A stretch of DNA of 64,000 nt from contig DF237369.1 in the NCBI GenBank assembly GCA_000708835.1, positions 7,674 through 71,673 of the forward strand, given 5' to 3'. A model generated the notes under the pieces. The model did not search any database and was not told the origin of the DNA. It saw nothing but the letters and a program-made list of their open reading frames with translations. The translations under genes and the position numbers were made by a program. Shown piece by piece: positions 1 through 13,249 of the stretch. The number at the start of each line of letters is the position of its first letter. The stretch's first letter is position 1. The DNA comes from Klebsormidium nitens. Taxonomy: Eukaryota > Plantae > Klebsormidiophyceae.

Positions 1-1099
1 CCAGAATGACTTCAGAAAGACACCTTTCTGGTATTCACGCCCGCCATTAATGTGTACTCGCGGTGAAATGCTGTAGGGACTCAAAAACGACTCAGATAAA
101 CAGAAACATTCCTCTGCAGTCATCTGCACCGACTCAAGCGCGCGCATTAAAAGCAAAGAAGAGCCTCCAAGCAGAAGCAACTGCTTTTTGGACCATGTTC
201 ATATCGTTGCGTTATACGCAGAGACCAGAACTTAATTCTCTGTCGTCGACATGGTGCGTGGCTCATGCAGAAACTCGAACGAATTATACAGATTAGGATC
301 ACGGAAGGCCGATCTTTAATTCATTGCCACTCTTTTTGGACGGGTTGTGCAGACTAATGTCTGTTGAATCAAAAGCGGGAGGGTTTTACAAGCTTCATGA
401 ACATTGAGTAATAGGGAATGCGTTGCACCAAGTAACTCTGCTCCTTTGTTGCAAATGAAAGCAGATTGATGGTGAATTTGAATTCAGCAGCAGCCTGCGG
501 GTCAGCTGGGCCCATATCTGTTTGCTCCTCTTTCTATCTATATCAATCTCTCAGTTTGTCGTTGCTTCACATAACAGCCACAAGCACCTTACATCGCAGA
601 TCGATCACATCGGTCAGTGCAATTGCACACAATCTGGACCTCAATTGGGGAGCCCACTTGGATTCTGATATTGATGCATCAATGATTCGAGTGGCTGTTT
701 GCAACATCTTCGAGAAAGTTTTGCATGCTGGGCACATATTTTAAGGAACCCCCTCACCCTGCTCTCAAGCTTCGATGGCATCAGACACGCTCAACGCTCT
801 CTTTTTGATGCTAATTCGATGGTGTGGCAGAGTATAAAAGGATCCGCAAGCTGTAGCTTGTGCGGCGTATCCGATGCGCCGATGTTCAAGAAGAATTCTT
901 GCAACTCGAAAGGGGCAACAAAGAAGCGCGGCCTAAGGCATTGAAATTTGCTCTGACGAAAGGGGCTCTCGAAGACGTATCTTTGAACTTGCTGAAAACT
1001 TTTCCCGGACGTTATCCAAGATCATCGCATCAGAAGTAGGCGGGCCTCAAGATCGCAAAAGAGAGGGAAGAGAAGACATGAAAACAGCTAGTCAATATG

Positions 1100-1700
1100 A
1101 AGAGATGCGGCCGACTCCAACTCTACACTGGTTCTCCTTTCAGTTACCGGCGGGTGCCCAGGTTACAGTGCAATGAGTGAAACTTGGCCCTTCGTCAGAG
1201 CCGAGCGCGATTTGAGCAAAGGGCGAACGCCGGACAAGGTGCGTAAGGGGCGCGCAAACAGCATCGTCTCTGTGGAAGCACAGGTAAAAGGAAAGAAAGA
1301 TATCACGCTTCCAACGACCGTCAAATTGCCCATTAGGACTCTCCGCTCTTTAAGCTTTTCAAAAATAGGCGCACTGTGGTCCCCTTCTTAACTTTTGGGA
1401 CACGTTTCTGAATGAAGCGCTTCCTTAAAGCACCTCAGGGTGCACAAAACTTGACCACCAAGACGCCCCGACGAGGCAAGCTTGGATCTGCAAAAGTCTG
1501 GCCTTCGGTGGTGGTGGACTCAGTTGCATGACGCCCAGCAATGACCAGAGATCTCTCCAGACTCAATTGGGTTCGGTCACGTAACGCACCTTGAATTCCG
1601 AGAGAGCCCAACAGAATTTGAAGAAACTTGCGAGGTTGGAAACGAAGACATCTGATTGCTAGACGTTCACGAAAGCTGTCTAGCAAGGAAGCTATTGTCT
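1100..1700 (+). pseudogene. Decayed partial copy of the RPA70/OB-fold-like repeat unit
   Basis: Shares anchor ttcgtcagagccga (1191) with copies at ~7131, 8936, 13968, 15847 and 21567. Segment 1455-1540 matches 14275-14370. Many stops and frameshifts. Confidence 0.4.
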
Positions 1701-4595
1701 CAACTGCTCAACTTGGACTCAGATTCGAAGCATTGGATATGGTCTCCGGAAGGCACGTAGTACACAATCGGTTCTACTTAACGTTCGGGTTCAGGAAGAC
1801 TACTCAAACATGTGGCGAGAGTACACCACAGAGCCATTGACCCTCACAACCACGTGAAAAGCTGAGTTCGAGCGAAGTTCTGACACCAGACGATCAGTTC
1901 AACAGCAGGCCAACCATTCAAAAGCGGCGGGTAAGAGAACCGTCTGACAGCTCCACGATAGCAGGGGCTTTCTGAAATGCGGGTATGCAGTCAGGCTTTT
2001 GAGTGCGACGCCCATTGATCTGCTTTTTCTGAGAGACACATGAGTCCCTAGATTTGAAATTCGCGGCGGCACCTAACAAAAAACTTGCGTTGTGCTTGTT
2101 ATGTACACGCAATTGTCTTCTTAAGTGACATGCATGGGACAGTCACTAGTGTCATACATGCGACAGTCACTCGTTTCGAATCCGTCAGACGCAGCTTGAC
2201 AGCATCATCCGCTCCAAGCTGGTCACACTAGCACGAAGGCTCGCCGTTGTTCCCAAGAGTAGGTTAAATATGGTCGAGACAAACCCCAGAAGCTCCAACC
2301 CATGTAAAGGGCAGCTAGAGTTCTCTAGGAGAACATTAGTCGCCAGAGAGAGCAATAAGAACGGGTGTATTTCGCAATCCCCCCTTCGGTCGCGAGGAGT
2401 ACCGCTCTTCGATAGGAGATTCTGGTCGGAAGTTCAAAGTACGTTCAAACGGTGCACAAGCGCAAACATCGCGCGGGCCTAGCAGCGAGCTGAAAGTAAT
2501 TCCGGACAACCTCGAATGCAGAAAAGGTGCGCATTTTCGCCATGAATTCCAATCAGAGGAGAAATACCTTGTCGTAAAGAGCATAAGAGCGAATATCAGC
2601 GCTGCGTACTTGAGACTGTGACCTCTCAGAGGGCAAGCTCATCACAGCCCACAATTACGACAGGCACGTCCTTGCATCAACACGGACCAGAGAAGCTACT
2701 AAAGATGGTTACACTGGCAACATGAGTTCTTCGGTGAGTGGGAAGTAGAATCCTGGAGCGTGAAGCTGCTGTCTTTGAATTGGACGAAGATCTTCTCAAG
2801 TGGGGAGTCGATACCCGTCGTTACACAAGCAGATATACAGCTCGCCCGCCCGAATCGTCGAAAGACTGAAGTCAAGCGCTCTGATACGTACGATACGCCA
2901 ACTGTCGCATTGCCTTGCAAAGGATAGCTACGAAATCTTCAGGAGGCGGTCGGATAATTTAATGTCTGAGATTATTGAAGCTCGGCGTTGTTTGTTCATC
3001 ACGGCCAAGAGCGATTGTCTATGCACCTTGCTAGGATTCGTTAGCAACACCGGCAGGTCAAGCAACTGATGTGACGATTTGAGGACGTAAAAAGCGACTC
3101 ATTCCAACGGATGCGCCTTGAAGAGGGGAGTCAGCACGCTAGGACTCGGGGCACACGTTTGAATAAGAACATTCTTCTCGGATTTTCGAGACCTCGATCC
3201 GTACCGCCTGAAGCTTTGTAAAAGCAAGCATGCATATGGCAACGAGCAACGACAGAAAGGCTCGTTTTCCATCTCAAGTGCACGTCCGAAGCTTAATTGG
3301 ACTCTGTTTACAGCTCAGGGCGTGCACCAACTTGCCCACGGTCTCAAAGCTCTGCTTTTGATACATAAGAGACGCATACAAGTTTTGAGCCTATTGACCA
3401 GGAGGCGCGCTCAAAGAACGTTTCCTCTGTCGTGAGTCGTCTCAATGATCTCGCCCGTCCATCGGAAGATAAGCTAGCTAGTTGGGCAATCAAACGAGGC
3501 TCTTCAAAACCCAGACCAAAGATGGATATTCTCAAGAATGGAGAAAAAACAAGTCATTCAATCTGCCCATGACGTCTCAATAGAAAGAGCTTTGAAGGAG
3601 ATGTTCTCGGAGAGAGGCTACAATGGAGGAGGCGAACTTTCTTTGGAAAGCTTTGAAAGAAAGGTAGCGAGGCTCTCTGACGCTATTCTCCAGGCCAGTA
3701 GCTCAACAGGGTGCACGATTCCAGAAGCAAAACTTGGCATGAGACGACGTACGCTTGAAGCTCTTCCCTGGTCATAAGCTCATTCGATAAGAATGAAGCA
3801 AGACATAAGGCTATAGAGCAGGGTACCGGCCTTCAAGAAATCATGGAAGGAAAGTAAGCCTTGCGTGAGTTCCATGAACCAGTGAACCACGTGTTTTAAC
3901 ACATATTCAGGTTTTTTGCTTGGAAGGCGCAGAGCGTAGAGAATTATCGTGGGTCCTATTTCGGAGCCACTAGAAACAAAGTATCTGGCTCTACTTCGGC
4001 CTCTAAGAAAGCTGCGGCGCAAAATTTTCCAGCAAGAAAGTGCTTCTCAACAGCGTGTCGTGAGATTCCTTGGAAAAAGCAGATGGGCACTCCTGAATCC
4101 GGGAATTCTTTTCTAAAAGCCTGACGAAGACATGATTGTACAGTTCTGGTCGTCAAGCTGACCGTCACAGCTTTTGAATCCCGAGGCAGGTGGCAATCGG
4201 CAGGTTGTAGTTCGGTTCTTCGTTGAGGGGAGGTCTCAAAACCCTGTTACTTCACTGCCAACCGTACCTGTAAGCCTTGAAACAGCTAGCCGTACGTGCG
4301 AGGCGTCGGAAGCCGGGGCGGAGCTTTCAAACCTGCTATGATCCGTCAATTTCTCATAATAGATCCCGCGGTTGAACAGCTGAATCTTTGAAAGAATCAG
4401 AATAAGCATGCACCGCCTCGTCCGAAAGTCCTCCAGAACACCCGGAGATTTTGAACAGTCGAACCCATGACGAACTACACGACGAGAGTGACATCAGCGG
4501 ACGCATCAACCTGGAATAAGATTTTGGGACCCAGGGTGAAAGGTTTTGCATTCCAGGGCACACGCAGTAGATAGATGCGCCACTATAAATGATAG

Positions 4596-4746
4596 CCCGG
4601 TTTAAGATCGTTGTGAGGCCACTTCGATCTTAAACCTACTCAGGTTTTCAGCTTATTTTGGTCTTAAACGTTGTGTCAGACCACTTTGATCTTAATAGCT
4701 GAATCTCTGGGATCAAAACGGCCTCAGCAAACCATCTTAAACCGGG
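4596..4746. mobile_element. MITE-like element (possibly Tourist/Harbinger-like)
   Basis: Perfect 13-bp terminal inverted repeats cccggtttaagat (4596-4608) / atcttaaaccggg (4734-4746), imperfectly extendable to ~24 bp. Internal repeats ccactt(c/t)gatcttaa. AT-rich and non-coding. Target-site duplication not clean (tag / tat). Confidence 0.55.
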
Positions 4747-5649
4747 TATTGATTTATTGTGTATGGAAGACCCTCTCCGTGCGTAGCTGCAGACCTAGGT
4801 TGATGCAGAGTGTCCCCTCTGACGCAATGTCCGAAAAGGGAAAGAGGTGACCACTCTTGCGTCGAGGGAAGCGCTTCTTCGAAAGGAACTTTCGTATTTC
4901 GTACAAAAACTTTCGGCCCGCATCATGCAGGATCTGCATTCACTTTGGTTCTCGTTAACCGATTGAAAGGCAACTTTCGGAGATGGTAGATGACCCGGAC
5001 GATTGCCGCAAGACAATCCTCAAGAGAATCCTCAGTTCACCACCACAACGACAACGCTGCTACAGCTACGAACCATTCTTTAATTTGTGGCTTCTCCGAG
5101 CTTTTGGTCATGTAAAGACCAAGGCCTCACAAGATTGCAAGCGCGCTAGCTCTTCATCGCAGCCAACGGATGGAAAGGAGCAAGAATACCAATCAAGAGG
5201 TCGGGAGAGCGGCGCGAAGTTCTCATTAGCAAGCTGAGCTAGGGATTTTTCTTCATGGAAATCGATGTGAGTGCGAGCACGGACACATACGTAGAGAAAA
5301 GAGCAACATTTGCGCGCGGGGTGCGTGCACAGCAACCAGCCACCGGTATACCGGCCGTAGAGTACGTAAATACAGCTCCTCATAGGTTTTGCGTCATGAA
5401 TCAGATTGCAAAAGTCTGCTTATTTTGAGGAGGGTCCTCAACTGGTGTCATCACTGCCAGTGCCCAGTTTACGCAAGCGCCCAACAGGCAACAATGGCGG
5501 CCCCTACATTGAAATGCAACACTTAGTGTAAGGAAGGCGAGTCTTCGAATTGGGTCATTACTCGCAGCTACGGGCACCAAGTCAAGCGCGCAAAGGAGAA
5601 AGGAAAACAGATTTCCATTCAAAATCGAATGCTTAGAGGAGTCTGCGAG

Positions 5650-7300
5650 TCCGATGCTTGAAGCTAAGAAGGCTTGCCAAAAGCTTCAGTTGTTGAACGG
5701 GACGTGGTTCGAGCAGCAGGTTGAAGGTACACCCAAACGCCGTTGTTATGTTTTTGCCACGTCTTGGCGGGGCAAGCGAATGCTCAATCCAACAGGGATA
5801 ACATCTGCCAAGATGTAAACGCGAATCGGGGCCTGATTTGATCATTTGATGGTTTCTGTTTCCTTACAGAGATCCAAAGATGAGTTGGACTGTCAAGAAT
5901 TTTGAAAGACAAACCTTGTTATCTGCGTCGCTGCTACCTGTTTTACGGAACCCGTACTATTGCAGAAGCGGGACCCCTTTCTAACAGGTTTGTGCATGTG
6001 CCACGTGATAATATCTGCTTCGATCAAGAATGTAGAAGATTGTTCAGATCTACTTTTCGAGCTACTTACTGCTGTTCTTTTAATATTCTGACGAGCACCG
6101 ACTAATTTCGCGTCTTTACTTAGTTCAAAGCTCGACAATATTCCAAAATCGGCTGAATTCGCCGAGACAATGGATCAAGAGCTCTTCGTTTCGGGTTCAT
6201 GATATCTTCAACCTGAACGACGTGTCAATGAGGGGAACCCTCAACACAAGATTTCCATCGATCACAGCCAATCGCCATTTAGAACACAACGTCAACTACG
6301 TACTCGACTGACTTCGCGTCTATTCTGGTTCTCACAAGCTCGATAGTGTTCACACATTGTTGGGACTCGCAGAGGATCGACAGTGAATCCGGAGCCCCAC
6401 GTTTCAAGTTCATGAAGGCTTCAAACCAAACAACGTCCCTCAACATAAGTTTTCTCCATCACAGCCAATCGCCTTTCAGACCGCAACGTCAACTACGTCT
6501 TCGAAGTCCTTTCGACGCAGATGCATAGTCGAATCTTGAATAATTGCCGTCCCGACACTGATTCTGAGTTCGAGACCTCAGCTTGACTTGTAAAACGAGG
6601 CCTTGTAGAAACATTCCGGAAATCCTGCGCATCTGGGCACGTCCTCCAGAATTTCATATTGACCCTGACAAATTACCGAGCAGAGTCTGATCAGACACGC
6701 TTCCCGAAATCGACCTTGGCATTTGTGCGTTCAGCTTGACGAGACAACCGCATCTCGGTATCCGCTTGGTCAAAGATCACGCAGAAAGAATTACAGGGTT
6801 GCAAGCTTTGAGGCGTCATCGAGTTGGAAAGGTTAATGTCCTCTTTGTCGGGGCTTACAGAATTTCATGCAAAACGGGCAGAAAAGGTGCGCCGTCTGAG
6901 ACGAGAAGTCTGCTTTGATTCAAAAAGAGGTCATGCTGTCTCACTGCGCCTTTTGATGTGTGTAAAACTGGAAACAATCTACAGGAATTGCAAAGTTGCG
7001 TCAACCAGCCTGGCAATGCATGAATACGCAGGAAACCTACACACAATGAAGGGTTGCTAACTGCAAGTGTACACTCTTTCAGCTTCCGCAGCTGAACACT
7101 AGATGGGAAGGCAGCCCACGAGTTTTCTCAGTCAGAGCCGAGCGCACATGGTTTAGGAAAGACTAATATGAGGGCTGGCGAGCAGCACACCATCTGTAAA
7201 GCGTTGATAACGAAGAACCGTCTCAAGAAGTAGTTTAGAAGAACGAAAAACCTGCAATTAGAAGGACCCTTGTTGAAAATCCACATTTCCGCCCACGTAT
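5650..7300 (+). pseudogene. Decayed RPA70/OB-fold-like repeat unit
   Basis: Ordered anchors ggcttgccaaaag (5671), atcacagccaatc (6261 and 6459), acgtcctccagaatt (6639), ctttcagcttcc (7076), tcagagccgagcg (7132). The shared anchors occur in the same order in the other copies. Confidence 0.45.
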
Positions 7301-7849
7301 CAGCTCTGCGATTGACGGGCCCACATATTTGAGCGAGTCGTCAACAGCTTGAACGGTGAACGGTGAAGCTCTGTCTTCAGCTCAATGGCCGTTGTATTAA
7401 GATCGTCGAGCACATAGAGCTTACCAGATCTTGAACCGATCAAAAAGACTTTCACTGCCTTGGGTATATTCTTCATGAAAGACCAGGGAAAAAACCCAAC
7501 TTCTCACGAATTACGTTTGAACCTTTTACCAATCATCTGACTGACAAGAGGCAGAACAAAACTTGTGACCCAGGCTCGGAGTCCTGATCCGGACTCGTCA
7601 GAATCAGAGGGGTTCTAAAAGCGGCGAGCAGCACCCACGAGCTGCCGAAAACATTGAAACTCTTGCTTTACGGAGCATGCGATTGAGTACGTGCACAGAA
7701 ACCATGTTGGAGCAATGAGTGACGCGCGCATGCGCGATCTGTCGACCTGACCCAGTACACCGAGCATATGGATTGTACATAGCTCCCGCTCGCACATTTG
7801 GCTTCAGCTGGTTAAATACTTCCTTGAGAAGGTTCCTCTTCCAGTCACC

Positions 7850-9600
7850 TCTCACAGCCAAAGTCTCCATTCGAGCGCCTAAAGAGGTTAAAAGCCCTCA
7901 TGCTTCAAGACGGCACGAGTGACCAAGTCAAGCGCCCAGTACTAGGGCAAAGAGGACGCCCTTCGAAGACACGAGCTACCCCTTTTCGAATTTTGTGCGC
8001 ATGCGTCAGGACAGAAAGGCTTGCCAAAAGTTCTTCGGGAAAGAGAAAGTGGCTGGAGGACACCAGTGAACGGAAGTAAACCCATGCAAAGTCAATCCCT
8101 TCCATTCTGTTTTGATCACCAGCATGACGTGGGCACCAAACATTTCCGGTCTTTTGCTGTTTGTGAATTTTGAGAGTTCCAACCACGAAGTCCGAAGCCG
8201 CAGAGCCCAAGATCCCTGAGATTCTCATTGATTCCGAACCAAAATCCACGGCATCATTCTGGCAGTCACATTGTGCATGAGGAAAGGCCTCAGCGCACGT
8301 TTTCCATCACAGCCAATCACACTCTAGAATGCGGCATCAGTCCATTCTTCACTCGGCGCAGGTGCACGATACTTTGGGATCCCGAGTTATAATAGGCCCA
8401 GGAGGGAGTGTGACTTGAGGAATCTTTCAAACGCAGGATTAAAACGTCATTGGTACTTAGTGGGCACATCCTCTGGTCGAATATATAGCGGCAATTACTG
8501 CTGACCTCGAGCCTCAGATATTTCAGACACGCCCAATGCTGGTTTTTAGCGTTTGTGCGGCAGCTCGATGAGGTCCTCAGTAGCTAAGCTTGGTCACTGG
8601 TTGATACGAGAGGAACCACACGACCGCAGATTCATTGGTCTAATCAATGCGGAAGATTTCGTTGCGACGCTCATTCGCGAAGGGGCACGGCAGCGAAGGA
8701 GCACGGCCGCAGACGAACAGTCTGCTTCGGCACGGGCCGGCGAGGAACTTTCCAACGATGCATTTTCGAATTGAGTCATGTTCCTTAACCCAATTTGCGT
8801 CAGGAAGCTCGGCGTTGTTCAAAGAGGCGCCAAAAAAAAACTTTACGTGTAGAAAGAACGTCAGCACTACCGCTTTCAGCTTCCGGGAGTTGGACGTGGA
8901 AGATCGAGTCTGCGATGTTAATTCGCAAGGGCGCTTCGTCAGAGCCGAGCGTGTGATTTCTTACAAAAGCAACCGCCCAACTAGTGTGACCCGCAAGCAC
9001 CATACTTCTTTTGTAACATCGGTAAAACGAGAATGTCTAATTAACGGACTCGATCGGAACTTAAAGTTCGCAAGGACCCATTAGAAATAACCTCAGTGAG
9101 TCTCCCCTTTCGATCTCTACAAACCTCCAAAACGCAATCCCCCTGGCCACAAAGGACTTCCAGAACTTGCGCAAAACGCATCATCAACAAAGCGCAAACG
9201 AGGGGCGGCCTCCAATGCAAGGGTCTGCGGCTGACCAGAAAGTCAGGTCAAGAGGACCACTCGGGCAAAGGAATTTTGTTCCGTTCCGTTCTGTTCCGTT
9301 CCGTGGCTTCAGTCGGATGCAACACGCTTTCCGATGAGGTTCCCCTTGAACGGCCAATCAACACGTCCTGCAAAGTGCAAGACTGCTGCATGTATAGTGA
9401 GCAGAAAGATTCCGTTACGGAGGCATTGCTTTCCTTCGTACGGCTCATTACGACTCGCATACGGAAGAAGAAAGGCTCTCCGGCATACACGGACTCCCGC
9501 CTTTTCTGCTTCAGGTTCAGCTTCACAACGACTCAATCTAACAATGGCGAGGATACACCATAGAGTCGTCGACCTTCACAACCATGTGAAGCTAAGATGA
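7850..9600 (+). pseudogene. Decayed RPA70/OB-fold-like repeat unit
   Basis: Remnant peptides LTAKVSIRAPKEVKS, LIREGARQRRSTAADEQ, GRFVRAERV, EQKDSVTEALLSFV, FLLQVQ. Colinear with 15200-16590 and 20360-22260. No intact reading frame. Confidence 0.5.
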
Positions 9601-11800
9601 TCGAGCAAAGATGTAAAGTCGGTGAAAGGAGGCCAGCCCTTTAAGCGGCAAGGACGTGCCAATAAGAACGGTCTTCCAAGTCCAGGTTTGTCAGGCCTAG
9701 GTCTCGTGAGGGTTGTCATCTGCTAGCTTCGCCTTTGCGGACAGCTAACAATGTTTCTGGACGAGATTTGTCGATTCGGGGTGCGGTGGTGCTTGCCTGC
9801 AATTCTCATGGAGCTCACAGCAGCAAAGCAACGGGCCGGCTTTGAAGCAGGCTTGCTTTGCATCAAGGAGAAAAAGGCGCTCGCAAGCTAGTACAGTAAA
9901 GGTTCGGTCCTATACTTGCATGCCTGGTGGGCTGCACGGTTCCTTGCGGGTTTCAGTTAACTTCTTATTCAACTGAGGTAGGTAGATCCGGAGAATCGTT
10001 TCCGTCAGTGACTGGTCGAAGTCAAGCTTTCATGTCGAAGATCGAAATGTGCTCCCTTTCAATGTGCTTCCGTCAGCATGGATAACTCGGAACGTGAAGA
10101 AACCAGCGGCAGATTGTAAGCCACTTCGATATCGGAGGCCGTTAAGGATAGTGGCGTCTGAAGTGCTACCTCACCGATGAGGGTTGTCCTCAGGGGATTG
10201 CGATCGTCCCAGCCATCCACAAACGAAAGTAAAGAGCACACAACAGAGACGGTTCCGTAGGTCGCAGGACACTCCTTTGCCTCTTTAGCGAAGCAAACCC
10301 GGAACGGCCAGAAGGGACGAGGTTGAGGGATGAAGACCTGCTCAAGCTCAACTCACTTCATGGTTGTTGTAAGTTCCTGTTGATTCTAATAACAGCGTGC
10401 CTCAATAAACCTTTCAGTCCGCTGGAAAACGAAGTCGCTAGAGCAAGCGGCAGGCGCGCGGATCCCCAGTCAAGTAGCTGCAGTCTTTCTGTGTTCCGGA
10501 CCTCGAGGGCCAAAAAGAATCAATTTCTGCAATGCACGTTCTTTTTTGGGGTTATCAGATGAGACCTTCACACGGCAACACGTCTCGCGATGGCGGTTCC
10601 GATGGGGCTCGCTTAACGAGATTCCACAGCCCCGAGGTGAAATGGTTCACATTTCGGTGAGACACTTGCAGTCTCGGTCTCTGCAAGGTGTGCTTTCGAG
10701 TTGCTTCACTCTTGAATCAGTGGAAGCCGCGCGCGCGGAACATGAATACTATACAGATTTCTTAGCGCCTGGCTTTTGGACAAGACCCTGCTTGCTGAAA
10801 AGTGGACTCCGTAGCCCAACTTCTATTGGCACATCCAACTGAGTCTCAGTGGATGATCTCACAAGCAATGTATCCACAGGTTTCGGCAAGACTCTCAAAA
10901 GGTGGTATTGTCAAAAGAGGATTCCTTGTCAGACCCGGAGCTCAGGAACTGTTCAGGCACGAGTGGCGGAGCTAAAATCGAAACATTTGGGCGCTCATTT
11001 CAGGGTGTCCACTCAAAATGATTCCGCTCCGATGTAACACTCGAAAAGCACGTGTCAAGAGGGGAATGGGCTCTCTCAACTTGAAAGGAGTCAGGTTTCA
11101 CAACCACACGAACAAATTGCGCAATGATAGGTTCGTCCTATGGATATCTGTTCGTAAAGGTTCGCTCAAAGTGCGCTCAGTTGACAAATGCGTCCGCTTT
11201 GAAAATCAGAGTCCAACCAACGTCAAGGCTGCAAAATTTCCCGGGCCGAAGCGAAATGCAATAGACGCTCGTTGTATATTGGCACTTCGCAAAATGAGAA
11301 GCCTCGACTGTACGAAATTCAACCGGGCTCTTGCTAGGAAGCCGGCAGATGAGCGACTTGAACAGACGCACAAAGTATCGTCTGACGCCGCCACTTTTAT
11401 TGAGCAAGGATAGCTTCAGAGACTGTGGCTACTGACGCCTGAGGTTTTGCCTCACTGCCGCGCCAGCATCATAGTTACCCGCGTATCACAATCAAAGCTC
11501 AGCCCACAGAAGAGGACGCAGCGGAAATGATGAAAGCACGCAGGGAATCGGGGTCGAAGGCTTCGAGTACAGCTTCTACCATCAGCAAGTTGCACGGTTA
11601 CTGCCGTGCAGTCTCGTCAGGGGAGGAGGTGTTTGATTCTTGATAGAGAACCGTACTACCGGCTTTAGACGCTTGCAAGCAGAAGAACGAGCAAGCATCC
11701 AGTTACTACACAATCTCACCATCCTGTAATCGTGCTTCGCGTGAACCACGTCAAAATCAGACCTTTCCTAGAGAGAAGCACAGTCGTTTGGAAAAGTGAC
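9600..11800 (+). pseudogene. Decayed repeat unit: ~1 kb spacer module plus a divergent OB-fold-like module
   Basis: Colinear with 16600-18950. Shared anchors include gtgactggtc(g/a)aagtcaagctt (~10008/16978), gctcaagctcaact (~10340/17378) and tgcctcactgc (~11448/18580). Confidence 0.45.
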
Positions 11801-13249
11801 AAGTTCGTTGAGAAGAGTGGGCTGCTCACGCCGGTGCCGGCATGAGGTGCATACATTAGGGACCGCAGCCCGACATAAACAGACGTAATTATTTCAGCAA
11901 CCAAAAACAGGGCATGTCAATACAAGCAGGACCGCCAAGCTCTAGCAATCTGGTACTATATGTTTGCTTTGAACACTATGTGGAGGCCCTCTAAGAAAGC
12001 AGATACTTCGATGTCCACAGGACTTCTGCCTTTTCCAGAAGTTTACCAACAAATCCTAGAATTTTGGGCTTGTGAAAGCAACGGGAATCCGCCGTTGCCA
12101 CGAGAAAGCAGCCGCCGTGACTCTTGACAGATCATTAAGGATGGAACTTAGTCGACCCACAATACTAGTGTCCTGCGTTCGTAGAAACGGGGTAGAAACC
12201 CAAGCCGAAAAGGCTTCAGAATGTTATTCTACAGTGCCGAAGTTGTCGGCCCGATGGCCTCAGAATCGAAGTAAAACGAGGCCCAAGTGCGGAACTGCAC
12301 GTCCGACACAAAATGCTCGACCTCAAGCACGCACCCCTAGAAAAAACAGCTTGATTTTGAGCCTACACTTTAGCACGGGGTTGGGTACTCCTAATCACGT
12401 TTCAAGAAATCGTACATCGTCCAGGCAGGCAATTAGCTTTACTAGTGGGATTCGCGGGAACCTTATCCGCTATGAGTGAACCACTATTCTCAAAGCAGAA
12501 AGGCAGAAGTCATCGAACACTGAACATCGAACACTGAGCGGACTGCAGAGCATTATATTTTGGTGAATAAAGGCGTTTCATATCCGGGTTGTAGATTGTT
12601 CTCACTTTCAATTTAGATTCTGCAGAGGGTCACGGAGCTCCTGCACTGCTTCAGAAAAGCGCATCCGGCAAAGGGCTTCGTACCTCGATCTGCTTCGGTC
12701 GGGTAAAACACAGATGGTAGCGGGAGAAGGACGGCGACCGATTCTACAGCCACTTGCTGGTAGGCAACAGCTGAGCTTCGGAGCAGCAATGCACAAAGAT
12801 TTTAAGAGAGTTTCTAAGGTAAGGCGGTCATAATCTGGAGAGTTTGTCACAGTCGTACGTGTAGCAACACCTTATTCCTGGAGTAAGCTCATGTCTTTAT
12901 AATGAACCATTTGCACATCGGAACCACAAGGGATCCCGCAGCAAGCAAGTGAAGAGTTTCTCGCATCCATGCAAGTGACCGGACTGAAATTCAAAGTTCG
13001 TCCTGGTTCAATCCGAGAAAGTCCGAGAAAGTGCCACTCAGGTCCTGAAGACTGTGAGCATGCTAAGCGGGCGAGGAGCTGCTGGAGATCGGCGGACGGA
13101 GCAGGTTTGTCGTTGTGCTTGTAAGTATGACTTGGGCACCGCTTGAGTTCCCGGGAGCGGCTTGATTTGCAAGCTTGAAATCTTCACAAGCGATCCGAGA
13201 TTGGAGACACCGTATCTCATGAGCTTCTCCTTCTTCTTCATAAGGCTTC

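Noticed and set aside
540-745. Minus-strand MCPACKTF... thioredoxin-like CxxC reading
   Set aside because: No upstream Trp or fold context, stops nearby and no supported splice structure.
2125-2170. Possible Helitron 3' end (gtgac...gtcac then CTAG-T)
   Set aside because: The stem is only 5 bp and abuts CTAG instead of lying ~10 nt upstream. The motif is not repeated at other unit ends.
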